DNA of 64,000 nucleotides from contig CAXXMV010000002.1 of assembly GCA_963662285.2 (NCBI GenBank), positions 224,001 to 288,000 of the forward strand. Direction: 5' to 3'. Shown piece by piece: positions 28,796 to 38,574 of the stretch. The notes under the pieces were generated by a model. The model was not told where the DNA came from, made no database searches, and saw nothing but the letters and a program-made list of their open reading frames with translations. The first letter of the stretch is position 1. Each line of letters begins with the position of its first letter. The DNA comes from a bacterium (GTDB taxonomy: Bacteria > Hinthialibacterota > Hinthialibacteria > Hinthialibacterales > Hinthialibacteraceae). Both the position numbers and the translations under genes were made by a program.

Positions 28796-30400
28796 ATGGA
28801 TATTTCTCTTTCTCCTGAACAATCGTTGTTAAAAATACATTCTGAAAGCAAAGCGGATCAATCTGCGTTGTATTATCTCAACGCGAACTACTCCAGCCTG
28901 TTATTATGCTCAACATTCGGCAAGGAACATCTTCCGAAGCGTTATTGGCGCAATTATTGTTCTGATACAGAGATTATTTTCAGTATAAAACATGCCCGAA
29001 AAGCTTTTATTCTAGAAGGAAGTTCTATTACAGGCGGGCAGGAAGAGGTTATCGCGGTTCCAATACTCAGCGGCGATAATGTGTTTGGCTTGATTGTTCA
29101 CTCTTATGTGGGGCAATCGCCTGATGATCTTCAGTCTCTCATGAATGTAGTTAATGATTTCTCTAGTGATTTATTCTCTGGTTTAATCGAATTCCTGGTC
29201 GCTGAACAATCCCGTCCCCTTCCCGCGCTGCTTCATATCGCCGGCGAAATATCATCTTCACTTGATTTGGATCGCGTTTTGCTAAATGTAGTTGAACAGG
29301 GAACCGTCTTATTCCGGGCCAAGATGAGTTCGTTGATGTTAGTCAATCAAAAACGGAGAGAATTAGAGATGGTTACCGCTTATGGTTGCAGTCTGGATTA
29401 TCTGGATAAGCCGAATCTTCCTCTGGACGGAGCGATTCTGGGAACCGTAGTCCGTGAAAATCGCATTTTGCAGATAATAGATGTTTTTGATGAACCTTTG
29501 TATCTTCACAAAGAGCAGGCCAGAAACGAAGGCGTATGTTCTCTTCTGGCGGCGCCTATTTCATTTAAGAATCAAGTCCTGGGCGTTCTCAATATTTATT
29601 CAGCCACTCAACGCCGCTGGCAGCGTTCGGAGATGGAGTTGCTTCAGACCTTCGCGGATCATGCCGCTATTGCCATCACTAATGTCAGGGTGCATGAGCA
29701 AAATATGGATATGGAAGAGCGCTTGCAGGAATCGGCCAAACGGGCGACTCTGGGCGAACTGGCCGCCGGTTTGGCTCATGAAATCCGTAATCCACTGGCG
29801 GTTATTAATATGCTGATTCATTCATGGAAATCATCACCGCCAGTTGAGGAGGATTTCCAACAGGATGTTGATGTTATCGCGCAGAAAATCAGCGACTTAA
29901 ACTCTTTGGTAGGCGATTTGCTAAGCCTTGCCAAGACTCGTCCCCTGGAGCGGCGGCAGATCAACATCGAAGAACTGATTGATCGCGTCCTCCGTTTATT
30001 GAAGCATAGGATCAACAAACAGCGCGTCACAATCAGTAAAAAAATATTGACAGAGAATACTTCCATTCCGATTGACCGTGAGCGAATTGAACAGGCAATG
30101 CTTAATTTATTATTAAATGCTTTGGATGTGGTGCCTGAAGAGGGCGTCATACGTATGATATTATATAAGGATGACGGCATGCTGGCTCTAGATATTGAGG
30201 ATTGCGGGCCGGGGATTCCTGCTGATATCGTTAAGGATATCTTCAAGGCATTTCGTTCCAATAAACCGGAAGGCGTGGGATTGGGGCTGCCTATGACGCT
30301 ACGTATTGTTGAAGAACACCAGGGCGCCTTACGGGTTACGAAAAATGGTCCAAGCGGCGCCACATTTACTATGACCTTGCCATACTCCACTGCCGGTTAG
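28796..30400 (+). CDS. GAF-domain sensor histidine kinase (cytoplasmic)
   Basis: GAF (SLLAAPI...GVLNIY...FADHAAIAI), H-box LAHEIRNPL, N-box NLLLNA, DCGPGI and GVGLGL. Confidence 0.92.
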   Translation: MDISLSPEQSLLKIHSESKADQSALYYLNANYSSLLLCSTFGKEHLPKRYWRNYCSDTEIIFSIKHARKAFILEGSSITGGQEEVIAVPILSGDNVFGLIVHSYVGQSPDDLQSLMNVVNDFSSDLFSGLIEFLVAEQSRPLPALLHIAGEISSSLDLDRVLLNVVEQGTVLFRAKMSSLMLVNQKRRELEMVTAYGCSLDYLDKPNLPLDGAILGTVVRENRILQIIDVFDEPLYLHKEQARNEGVCSLLAAPISFKNQVLGVLNIYSATQRRWQRSEMELLQTFADHAAIAITNVRVHEQNMDMEERLQESAKRATLGELAAGLAHEIRNPLAVINMLIHSWKSSPPVEEDFQQDVDVIAQKISDLNSLVGDLLSLAKTRPLERRQINIEELIDRVLRLLKHRINKQRVTISKKILTENTSIPIDRERIEQAMLNLLLNALDVVPEEGVIRMILYKDDGMLALDIEDCGPGIPADIVKDIFKAFRSNKPEGVGLGLPMTLRIVEEHQGALRVTKNGPSGATFTMTLPYSTAG

Positions 30401-30535
30401 GGTGGTTAAAAACAGTTTGTAACTTTTCCGCGTTTGTTCATAGAATTTCAATCGTTGCTGTAATCCTTGCATGGATCAATGAGTTCTTTATAATTCGTTT
30501 AATTCCGTCGTTCAATTCGAGCTGAGGTGTCATTT

Positions 30536-31219
30536 ATGCTTTTATCGGTGATCATGCCAGTATTTAATGAAGAAACAACAATAGAGAAAATTATTGATCA
30601 AGTTCTTCGTGAACCTACTGATAAAGAATTAATCATTGTTGATGATTGTTCCCAAGATGGAACAAGGGAAATTCTGGGGAAGATCAAAAATGATAAAATA
30701 AAGATAATCCTACATGATACTAACCAAGGAAAAGGGGCGGCAATTCGAACCGCCATCTCTCATATTTCTGGTGATATCGCCATCGTCCAGGATGCTGATT
30801 TGGAATACAATCCGCAGGAATATTCCCGGTTGATAAAACCCATTCTGGAAGATAAAGCGGATGTTGTTTACGGTTCGCGTTTCAGGGGTGCGGAGCAAAG
30901 AGTTCTTTTCTTCTGGCATTATCTGGCGAATAAAATGCTTACCCTTGTCTCTAATATGCTGACAAACCTCAATTTGTCTGATATGGAAACATGCTATAAA
31001 GCCTTTCGGTCTACTATTATTAAACAAATGGATATTCAGTCTAATCGATTTGGCGTGGAACCTGAATTAACCGCGAAGATTGCCAGATTAGGCTGTAGAG
31101 TATATGAAGTGCCTATTTCCTATTATGGCCGTGATTATTCAGAAGGCAAAAAAATCACTTGGAAAGATGGTTTCTCCGCTATTTGGTGTATCATAAAATA
31201 TAATCTTTTTGATAGATAA
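30536..31219 (+). CDS. GT2 DPM1-like (polyprenol-phosphate) glycosyltransferase
   Basis: VIMPVFNE, VDDCSQD, QDADLEYNP, VYGSRF, DMETCYK. Confidence 0.92.
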   Translation: MLLSVIMPVFNEETTIEKIIDQVLREPTDKELIIVDDCSQDGTREILGKIKNDKIKIILHDTNQGKGAAIRTAISHISGDIAIVQDADLEYNPQEYSRLIKPILEDKADVVYGSRFRGAEQRVLFFWHYLANKMLTLVSNMLTNLNLSDMETCYKAFRSTIIKQMDIQSNRFGVEPELTAKIARLGCRVYEVPISYYGRDYSEGKKITWKDGFSAIWCIIKYNLFDR

Positions 31220-31235
31220 ATCGAGAACTTTACAC

Positions 31236-31386
31236 TTTCCAGCCATGTCGGGTAATCAGGTACCCTATCCCTTTGGAATATGCATTAAGTTAACCATATT
31301 GTCCCCTCTCCCGCCAGGAGAGGGTTAGGGTGAGGGGGATTTTTAAGGACTTGAGTTCATGACATTTCCCACGGGCTAGAAACTAG
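31236..31386 (+). repeat. Degenerate copy of the palindromic/MITE repeat family
   Basis: Core tcccctctcccgccaggagagggttagggtgagggg at 31302-31338; also atgtcgggtaa, and it ends in CTAG. Confidence 0.6.
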
Positions 31387-31438
31387 GACGAAAAGTGTTC
31401 GATGTAGTGTATATAAACCACTCTAACAAAGCCGCCGG

Positions 31439-32641
31439 ATGATCTTAATGTCCAAACGTCTGCTATATATACTTCTTTTCGCATTATTGGTTCGATTACT
31501 TTGGATATTCCTTATCCCTTTTTTAGGAGATTTGTACCCATTCGTTGATGCGGATGGCTATATAAAATCTGCGAAATATATCCGCAACGGAGTGTTTCTG
31601 GATAGTGGAGATCATATTAAACGTATGCCTCTCTATCCGTCCCTGCTCTCCTTGTTCAGTTTTTTGCCAAGCGCAGCACAACTTTTATCCATACGTATCT
31701 GGCATTGCGTATTAGACCTATGCACTATATGTTGCGTCTTTCTCTTTATGCGGCGTTGCTTCAATGAACGCGCAGCTATTTTATCAGCGCTGCTTTATGC
31801 GATTTATCCTCTTGCGCTCTATCGCTTACCCCTGATGAATACGGAATTGATCCAAGGCGCCGCTTTAGCCTTTTGGCTGTTAGGAGCGGCCAGGATGCTC
31901 AGGAGCCGCAACATCATTGATGCAATCTATCTATCCTTAATATCGGCCATATTGGTTTTTATCAGTCCGGCTCTGCAATTGATACCGGTTTTCTTTACCT
32001 TATATCTGTTTATATCTCACCCTTGGAAGACGGCTCTTCGTCTTGGATCAGCGCTTATGATCCCGTTTATTATTATTTGCGTGGGGTGGGGATTTCGCAA
32101 TCATGCGCTTACTGGCTATTTCTTTCTTTTTGATAGCAGAGGCGGCAAGGAATTCTGGTTGGGCAATAATCAGGAAGTTGATGGTTGCTGGGAAGGCCCT
32201 AAACAGGCGCAATGGATGGCGCAATGGCGTGAATATCAGCGCATTGCCAGAGAGACCAGCGATCATCCACTGGCTGCGAACAAATTGCTTTTCCGCAAAG
32301 GCATAGAGCAAATAATGGCCAATCCAGGTGGAGCGGTAATACTGTTTGCCAAAAAATTCATCCGTTTTTGGTATGTTCCCGCTTCTGGTCGATTGCTTAA
32401 TATTACATTTCCTTTACAAAGTCTCTATTTACTCTTCGCGCTTTTTGGATTATACAAAGCTGGTGTGCGATATCGTGGAGCTGGATTGCCCTTATTTGTA
32501 ATCTTTTATTACTGCGCAATCTATACTCTGTCTTATTCATGCATTAGATTTAGTCTTCCAATCATGCCTTGGATTTGCGCCTTGGGTGGGATTGGTTTGA
32601 GTCATATATGGAATATTTGGGGAGTGAGTCCAGATGAGTGA
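31439..32641 (+). CDS. GT-C fold membrane glycosyltransferase (ArnT/PMT-like)
   Basis: DADGY after TM1, RMPLYP, YAIYP, NTE, WGFRNH, GNN, RFSLPIMP; multi-TM. Confidence 0.8.
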   Translation: MILMSKRLLYILLFALLVRLLWIFLIPFLGDLYPFVDADGYIKSAKYIRNGVFLDSGDHIKRMPLYPSLLSLFSFLPSAAQLLSIRIWHCVLDLCTICCVFLFMRRCFNERAAILSALLYAIYPLALYRLPLMNTELIQGAALAFWLLGAARMLRSRNIIDAIYLSLISAILVFISPALQLIPVFFTLYLFISHPWKTALRLGSALMIPFIIICVGWGFRNHALTGYFFLFDSRGGKEFWLGNNQEVDGCWEGPKQAQWMAQWREYQRIARETSDHPLAANKLLFRKGIEQIMANPGGAVILFAKKFIRFWYVPASGRLLNITFPLQSLYLLFALFGLYKAGVRYRGAGLPLFVIFYYCAIYTLSYSCIRFSLPIMPWICALGGIGLSHIWNIWGVSPDE

Positions 32642-32915
32642 GAAGAAACAAATTCATGTTCTTGTGAGCGGCAGAGTCCAGGGCGTTGGTTTCCGCTATT
32701 TTGTTCAACGCATAGCCCGCTCAATGGATTTAACAGGTCAAGTACGCAATATGGGAGATGGGCGGGTCGAGATTTTTGCTGAGGGAGAAGAATCCACGCT
32801 GCTGGCATTTATCAAAAAAGTCGAACAAGGGCCTGCTTTATCTCATGTATCATCGGTTAATGTGAATTGGTCTCCCGCCATTGGGGCGCATAAAGATTTT
32901 AATACTACATATTGA
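32634..32915 (+). CDS. acyP: Acylphosphatase
   Basis: VSGRVQGVGFRY and GQVRNMGDGRVE signatures. Confidence 0.95.
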   Translation: MSEKKQIHVLVSGRVQGVGFRYFVQRIARSMDLTGQVRNMGDGRVEIFAEGEESTLLAFIKKVEQGPALSHVSSVNVNWSPAIGAHKDFNTTY

Positions 32916-32932
32916 ATTATCAGGAGTTATTT

Positions 32933-33352
32933 ATGGAAATTAGAACAGATCATATTAGCGTTTCAACCAAAGCCAACACAGATATCGTTGATTTAACTCC
33001 TGGAATAGTACAAATTCTCAATCGCAGTGGATTAAAAGAAGGGCAAGTGACCGTTTTTGCTCCGGGAGCGACGGCGGGTATTAGTACTATTGAATTTGAA
33101 CCGGGGTTGCTTAAAGATATTCCTGAGAGGTTAGAGGCTATCGCGCCTTCCGGCGATACATATCATCATGATTTAACATGGCATGATGGCAATGGTCATT
33201 CCCATGTCCGGGCGACTTTCATCGGCCCTTCTCTTACGATTCCATTTGTTGATGGAAAAATGACGCTTGGTACATGGCAGCAGGTAATATTGATAGATTG
33301 CGACGTCCCATCCCGCCAACGCGATATTGTCGTCCAAGTTATGGGACAATAA
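32933..33352 (+). CDS. yjbQ: YjbQ/UPF0047 family protein
   Basis: YHHD...DGNGHSHVRA, LGTWQQV; AGGAG RBS. Confidence 0.9.
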   Translation: MEIRTDHISVSTKANTDIVDLTPGIVQILNRSGLKEGQVTVFAPGATAGISTIEFEPGLLKDIPERLEAIAPSGDTYHHDLTWHDGNGHSHVRATFIGPSLTIPFVDGKMTLGTWQQVILIDCDVPSRQRDIVVQVMGQ

Positions 33353-33431
33353 GAATCGTTCTATAATTAGGCTGGTTGGTATAATAACGTTCTTCATAGA
33401 ACGATTGTCGAGATAAAGTTGGTTTATAATT

Positions 33432-34460
33432 ATGAAAATTGGAGTATTTGGCGCAGGTTCGTGGGGCGCCGCCCTCTCTATGGTATTATGCGGTAAAGGC
33501 CATGAGGTCTTTATGTGGTCTAATGATGAGGATGAAGCCGATAAAATAGCAAAAACCCGTCGTTTAATTCATAAATTACCGGATATTACCATTCCCAAGG
33601 AGATCACCGTTACAACTGACGCCAGTTCTTTTATGTCTGATGCTGAAATTTTGGTGGTGGCGGTTCCTTCAAAATTCCTGCGAAATTTCGCGCAATCCAT
33701 GGCCGATAGAATAGTCGGTAAACCTAAAATTGTGGTTAATGCGACCAAAGGTCTTGAAACCGGTTCATTATTGACGATGAGCGAGATACTGCAATCTATC
33801 TGGATGAAACCGGATTCTCAGGTTAAGGCTGTGGCTGCCTTGTCTGGTCCGAGCCATGCGGAAGAAGTCGCACGGGGATTGCCGACCGCCATAGTTACGG
33901 CGAATGATGAAGAATCCATTGCTGAGAAAGTGCAAGATGCTTTCCAGACGCCGCGATTCCGGGTTTATACCAATAATGACCGGCTAGGCGTGGAAATCGG
34001 CGCCGCCATGAAGAACATAATGGCTGTGGCGGTAGGTATTTCTGATGGGTTGGGATTTGGCGACAATGCCAGAGCCGCGTTGATATCTCGCGGTCTTTAT
34101 GAAATGAGCATCGCCGGTCGTTGCCTGGGCGCCAAATTAGAGACATTCAGCGGTCTTTCGGGATTGGGCGACCTGGTAGTTACCTGTACAAGCCAGCATA
34201 GCCGGAACCGCAAATTTGGAGAGTTGCTCGCGAAAGGTTACAGCACTGAAGATGCAGAAGAAGAAGTCGGTATGGTTGTCGAAGGGCGAACCGCCGTTCG
34301 GGCGATGCCGGACCTCAAGAATAGAATAAAACAGGACCTTCCAATATCTGAGGAAGTTTATTCTATCGTATGGGAAAATGGCGATCCGAAAGAAGCTGTG
34401 GAGCGCCTGATGATGCGCGAGTTGAAATCAGAACGCTTACCCGGCGACAGTTCCTGTTGA
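33432..34460 (+). CDS. gpsA: NAD(P)H-dependent glycerol-3-phosphate dehydrogenase
   Basis: GAGSWG, ATKGLE, LSGPSHAEEV, GLSGLGDLVVTCTSQHSRN. Confidence 0.97.
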   Translation: MKIGVFGAGSWGAALSMVLCGKGHEVFMWSNDEDEADKIAKTRRLIHKLPDITIPKEITVTTDASSFMSDAEILVVAVPSKFLRNFAQSMADRIVGKPKIVVNATKGLETGSLLTMSEILQSIWMKPDSQVKAVAALSGPSHAEEVARGLPTAIVTANDEESIAEKVQDAFQTPRFRVYTNNDRLGVEIGAAMKNIMAVAVGISDGLGFGDNARAALISRGLYEMSIAGRCLGAKLETFSGLSGLGDLVVTCTSQHSRNRKFGELLAKGYSTEDAEEEVGMVVEGRTAVRAMPDLKNRIKQDLPISEEVYSIVWENGDPKEAVERLMMRELKSERLPGDSSC

Positions 34461-34488
34461 TATCCAGTTTAAACACAAACCTGCATAT

Positions 34489-34517
34489 AAAAAGCCCACA
34501 TTAAGTGGGCTTTTTTA
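34489..34517. terminator. Bidirectional intrinsic terminator
   Basis: AAAAAGCCCAC-ATTAA-GTGGGCTTTTTT between convergent genes. Confidence 0.85.
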
Positions 34518-34559
34518 GTAGAACCTGAACAGTCAGAATTATAAATAAATCTAGAAATA

Positions 34560-35288
34560 TTAGTCGTTTATGTCTCTAACAGAGCCAGTTTTAGCTTGAC
34601 CTGGAATGGTTGTGTTGTGAATATTGCATCCTCCCACTCCATTTGATATGCCATAGTAGCCTCTCATTGATTCCAGGCGTTCGACCTGATCTTGTGAGAA
34701 GAGATTTATTTGACCCAGTTGGACTGACGCCAGTAAAATCTTGGCGAAATGCTCCATAGTTTCCATGCGGTAATATGCTTGAGTAATACTGTTTCCCCAG
34801 GAGAGAGCGCCGTGGTTTGCTAGCAGCACTGCGGTGCTATCTTTGAGGTGCGGGGCTATGGATTGTGGGATTTCATCAGTGGATGGCAAGCCATAAGGCA
34901 CGCATGGAATCTGGCCCATGGCCAGCACTACTTCAGGTAAAAGGCATTGATCCAATGATATTCCCGCTACCGAAAAGGCTGTAGCAATAGGGGGATGCGC
35001 ATGACAAACCGCATTAACTTCAGGACACTCATTATAAACAAATAAGTGCATTTTCATCTCAGAAGAAGGATTCAACGGGCCGCCGGATCGTTTGCGGCCT
35101 TCTCTATCTACTATGATTAAATCGCTTACTTCCATGAATCCTTTGCTGACGCCGGTAGGAGTGCAGACAAACTCATTATCGGAAATTCTGCATGATATGT
35201 TGCCATCGTTGGCGGCGACCCATTCTTTGGTCCACATGCGGCGACCGATTTCGACGATCTGGTTCTTGGCTTCAAAAATATTTGTCAT
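34560..35288 (-). CDS. Class II aldolase/adducin family protein (FucA-like)
   Basis: DGNIS, TPTGVSKG, PSSEMKMH, HAHPP, LLANHG. Confidence 0.9.
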   Translation of the reverse strand: MTNIFEAKNQIVEIGRRMWTKEWVAANDGNISCRISDNEFVCTPTGVSKGFMEVSDLIIVDREGRKRSGGPLNPSSEMKMHLFVYNECPEVNAVCHAHPPIATAFSVAGISLDQCLLPEVVLAMGQIPCVPYGLPSTDEIPQSIAPHLKDSTAVLLANHGALSWGNSITQAYYRMETMEHFAKILLASVQLGQINLFSQDQVERLESMRGYYGISNGVGGCNIHNTTIPGQAKTGSVRDIND

Positions 35289-35629
35289 TTATTTGTCTCT
35301 TTAGATTTATCTGGGATGGGAGTTGAAGAAATATCCACTTTTTTTGATTTTTTACCAAAATCAAGAGGTGAAATGGGATTTTTCTTCATAAATTCTTCTA
35401 TTGAAGTGTTGCCAGTTTTGGGATCAGCGCTTATCACATTCTCCCATTCAGGGAACTCTGCTAATTTATAATAACGATATTTAGCTAGAGGTCCCCGCGT
35501 ACGATCAGGGAATGGGCCCCCGCAACTGCGTATAAATAAATGGCAGGAAAACCAGACCAAAAATAGTATTGATAGTCCGCTGCACAAGAATTTCAATTTA
35601 GCGAAGTGTTTAATAATCTTTGAATACAT
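35285..35629 (-). CDS. Hypothetical single-TM protein
   Basis: 114-aa ORF with one hydrophobic segment; ATGA overlap with the aldolase start suggests translational coupling. Confidence 0.55.
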   Translation of the reverse strand: MYSKIIKHFAKLKFLCSGLSILFLVWFSCHLFIRSCGGPFPDRTRGPLAKYRYYKLAEFPEWENVISADPKTGNTSIEEFMKKNPISPLDFGKKSKKVDISSTPIPDKSKETNK

Positions 35630-35947
35630 AGATACGATCCGTTTCTAGTTGCCATCTTTTTCGTTTACTATGCAACGATTAGGATGGCTATAAGTGACGC
35701 TAAAATCAAGGAGCTGAAGATTTTTGAATAATATTATTCTACTGGAAAATACAATTTGGTTCTATATGTAAAAAGCGGTAGTAAAAGAACTCCAGGCTTT
35801 TTTCTAATAGTTAACGACTGGGGATGGGTATGAAAGAGGTATAGGAAAAGGTATAGTAATCCAACTTATACAGTGGTTTTATAAAAAAACATGAACGTTA
35901 TAATATAAACCTATCTAAAGGATTATGTTCAGATTGTTTGATTATTT

Positions 35948-36493
35948 ATGATGAATATTCCGAACCTGCTCACCATGTCCCGCCTTCTTTTAGTCCCCAC
36001 TTTTTTTCTGGTGATGTATTATCATCTGGCGGGTTTGTCTGGGATGCTAACGTGGACGCGTGTTATCCTGATTTTTATTGTTGCCAGTGATTTTCTAGAC
36101 GGTTATCTGGCGCGAAGAAGGTGTGAAGTTACGTCCTTGGGCAGCGTTCTAGATCCAATGGCGGATAAATTATTCGTTACGGCTTCATTTATTCTTCTTA
36201 CTGTTTATGATCAAATTCCTGTTTGGCTGACTATAATCGTTGTAACCAAGGATATTTTGGTAAGCATTGGTTGGTGTATGCTCGCCATGTTATATCATAA
36301 AGTAGAAGTAAATACTTCGGTTTTCGGTAAACTGGCTACTGTACTTCAGTATGGAACAGTCTGTCTTATCGTGTTGATTCCGAGTAATTTTACTTTAATC
36401 GGATTTAATTATCTGACGGCGATCACTACAATTCTGGCGCTAGTGCATTATGGCTATCAGGCGGCCCAGCAAACGAATGGTTCTTCAACATAA
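35948..36493 (+). CDS. CDP-alcohol phosphatidyltransferase
   Basis: NIPNLLT and DFLDGYLAR...GSVLDPMADK signature. Confidence 0.9.
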   Translation: MMNIPNLLTMSRLLLVPTFFLVMYYHLAGLSGMLTWTRVILIFIVASDFLDGYLARRRCEVTSLGSVLDPMADKLFVTASFILLTVYDQIPVWLTIIVVTKDILVSIGWCMLAMLYHKVEVNTSVFGKLATVLQYGTVCLIVLIPSNFTLIGFNYLTAITTILALVHYGYQAAQQTNGSST

Positions 36494-36527
36494 CCTGTTG
36501 AGAGCAATGAGTGGAGATTATTGATAA

Positions 36528-37106
36528 ATGATGAATTTACCAAACTTTCTAACATCAATACGTTTGGTTTTAACCCCTGTTCTTGCGATTCTCTTTCTCA
36601 ATGATGGGGAATTATCGCGTTACTTTGTACTGTTAATTGTTATAATTTCAGAATTAACCGATTTATTCGATGGTTATATGGCCCGTAAAAGAGGCCAGGT
36701 AACGGATTTCGGGAAAATTCTAGATCCCATGGCGGATAGCATCTACCGCGATACGATTTTTCTTTGCCTGGCTGTAGAACAGCAAGTAACCTTATTATTG
36801 GTTTTGCCCATCCTCTATAGAGATTCAATTATTGCCACGCTTCGCACCGTTAGCGCTTATAAAGGCATTGTTGTAGCCGCGCGTACCAGCGGTAAAATTA
36901 AAGCCATAATTCAGGCTACAGTAATAATAATAATACTTTTATTAAGAATTATCGCGATTCATTTTCCTATCGTTGAGCAATATTTGTATTTAATTGCTAA
37001 TATTCTTATGGGCGTCGCCTGTACCGTAACGCTTATATCCGCTTATGATTATCTGAGTACTTTGATACCCAAAATCCGCGAAATAGATGCGATGAAAAAA
37101 GAATAA
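36528..37106 (+). CDS. pgsA: CDP-diacylglycerol--glycerol-3-phosphate 3-phosphatidyltransferase-like
   Basis: NLPNFLTSIR, DLFDGYMARK...FGKILDPMAD, VAARTSGKIK, SAYDY. Confidence 0.8.
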   Translation: MMNLPNFLTSIRLVLTPVLAILFLNDGELSRYFVLLIVIISELTDLFDGYMARKRGQVTDFGKILDPMADSIYRDTIFLCLAVEQQVTLLLVLPILYRDSIIATLRTVSAYKGIVVAARTSGKIKAIIQATVIIIILLLRIIAIHFPIVEQYLYLIANILMGVACTVTLISAYDYLSTLIPKIREIDAMKKE

Positions 37107-37474
37107 TATTCCTGCGCTAGTCCTTATTTATAAATACAAGGCTTTGTATAATGACCTATCATGATTTTGAGTCGGCTTGATTTTTTTTGGGAAAAAATCG
37201 GATAAGCAAAAGTTTATTTATAATTATGATAATATAGTATTTGTATATTATATTATGCATATATACTATCTATACTTTAAATTGTGTGATGTCTGATGCT
37301 TACAGCAAAAGTCGGTTAATAGAATAAATCTGTTGATTCTGTTAGATTAAATATTATTTTATTGGTTTTTCTGGCAGTTGTTTTTAACTTATTTGTTGGG
37401 AATTGGAGATAGTTATTTTTCACATCTCTTTTTTTATAACCCAGCATTATATGCCTTGTTAGGGATGGGCTATT

Positions 37475-38548
37475 ATGCCGGATTTATTTGAACGTTTGCC
37501 GAAGTATGTCCAGATAAAAGAATCGTTGCGTGAAGAGATTAATGAAGGCTATATAAAAGAAGGTCAAAAGCTTCCTTCTGAAGAAACGTTAATTGATCGC
37601 TTTGGCGCAAGCAAGATGACCGTTATTCGCGCTCTGCAAGAATTAGTGCAGGAGGGATATTTAAAGCGCATCCAAGGTAAAGGTACATTTGTAACTCATC
37701 CTATCCCCCAATTGCCAATAATAGGAGTAATGCTGCCATATACCGACAGAGGCGTTTTCCATGTAATTCTTCATGCGATAGAAGATCAAGCGCGTTCTTT
37801 AGGTTATGGTATTTTGTTATGCAATGTCTACGATAATGATGAAAAAGCCTATTCTTTTGTAAAACGTATTGTTTCTTTCAAGGCCGCTGGATTGATTATT
37901 GCTCCATCAGGAAATCTAGAGAACTCTAGCCGCCATAAGGACTGCTTTAAATTATTAAAACAGTATTCTATTCCAACGGTATGCATTGGAAATTCAATGG
38001 TTGGGATGGAAGAAGCGCCAACCATTAAGTCGAATATATCTGAGGGTATGTCAGATTTAACAAATGTTGTCATTCGGTGGGGTCATCGTAGAATTATTCT
38101 GATTTGCAAAGATGAAGACCTTATAACCTCCGTCGATGCGATAGAAGGGTTTAAGAATGCCATAGCGCAAAATAACATTGATGTTGCTGAGATAATTTCT
38201 TTATCAGAGAAGCAAAGTTTTGATGATTTGGTTCAACATCTCAAGATCATTATCAATCATTATAAACCTACAGTTTTTATGACTTTACACGACAATTTCG
38301 CTTTGCATCTTATCGGGCTTTTAAGAAATATACCGTCTGCCACAGCTGAAAAAATCTCAGTTACGGGCGTTGATGATCTTCCGTATGTTGAACATTCAGG
38401 TTTAACGACATTGCGGAGACCGTTATATGAAACAGGCCGTAAAGCGATTACTTTATTGCATGAAATTATTAATCATAATCAATCCCAATCATTATCTTTA
38501 CCCTGTGAAGTGATTATCCGTTCATCATTGTCTATCTTAAGTAATTGA
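37475..38548 (+). CDS. GntR-HTH / LacI-type sugar-binding transcriptional regulator (AraR-like)
   Basis: N-terminal GntR wHTH (KLPSEE...SKMTVIRAL...QGKGTFV); C-terminal periplasmic-binding fold (ISVTGVDD, LTTL). Confidence 0.9.
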   Translation: MPDLFERLPKYVQIKESLREEINEGYIKEGQKLPSEETLIDRFGASKMTVIRALQELVQEGYLKRIQGKGTFVTHPIPQLPIIGVMLPYTDRGVFHVILHAIEDQARSLGYGILLCNVYDNDEKAYSFVKRIVSFKAAGLIIAPSGNLENSSRHKDCFKLLKQYSIPTVCIGNSMVGMEEAPTIKSNISEGMSDLTNVVIRWGHRRIILICKDEDLITSVDAIEGFKNAIAQNNIDVAEIISLSEKQSFDDLVQHLKIIINHYKPTVFMTLHDNFALHLIGLLRNIPSATAEKISVTGVDDLPYVEHSGLTTLRRPLYETGRKAITLLHEIINHNQSQSLSLPCEVIIRSSLSILSN

Positions 38549-38574
38549 TTTTATCTTCAATTGGGTAAAGCGTT

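Noticed and set aside
35820-35947. Possible gene remnant encoding GLCSDCL upstream of the phosphatidyltransferases
   Set aside because: Interrupted by stops and too short to support.
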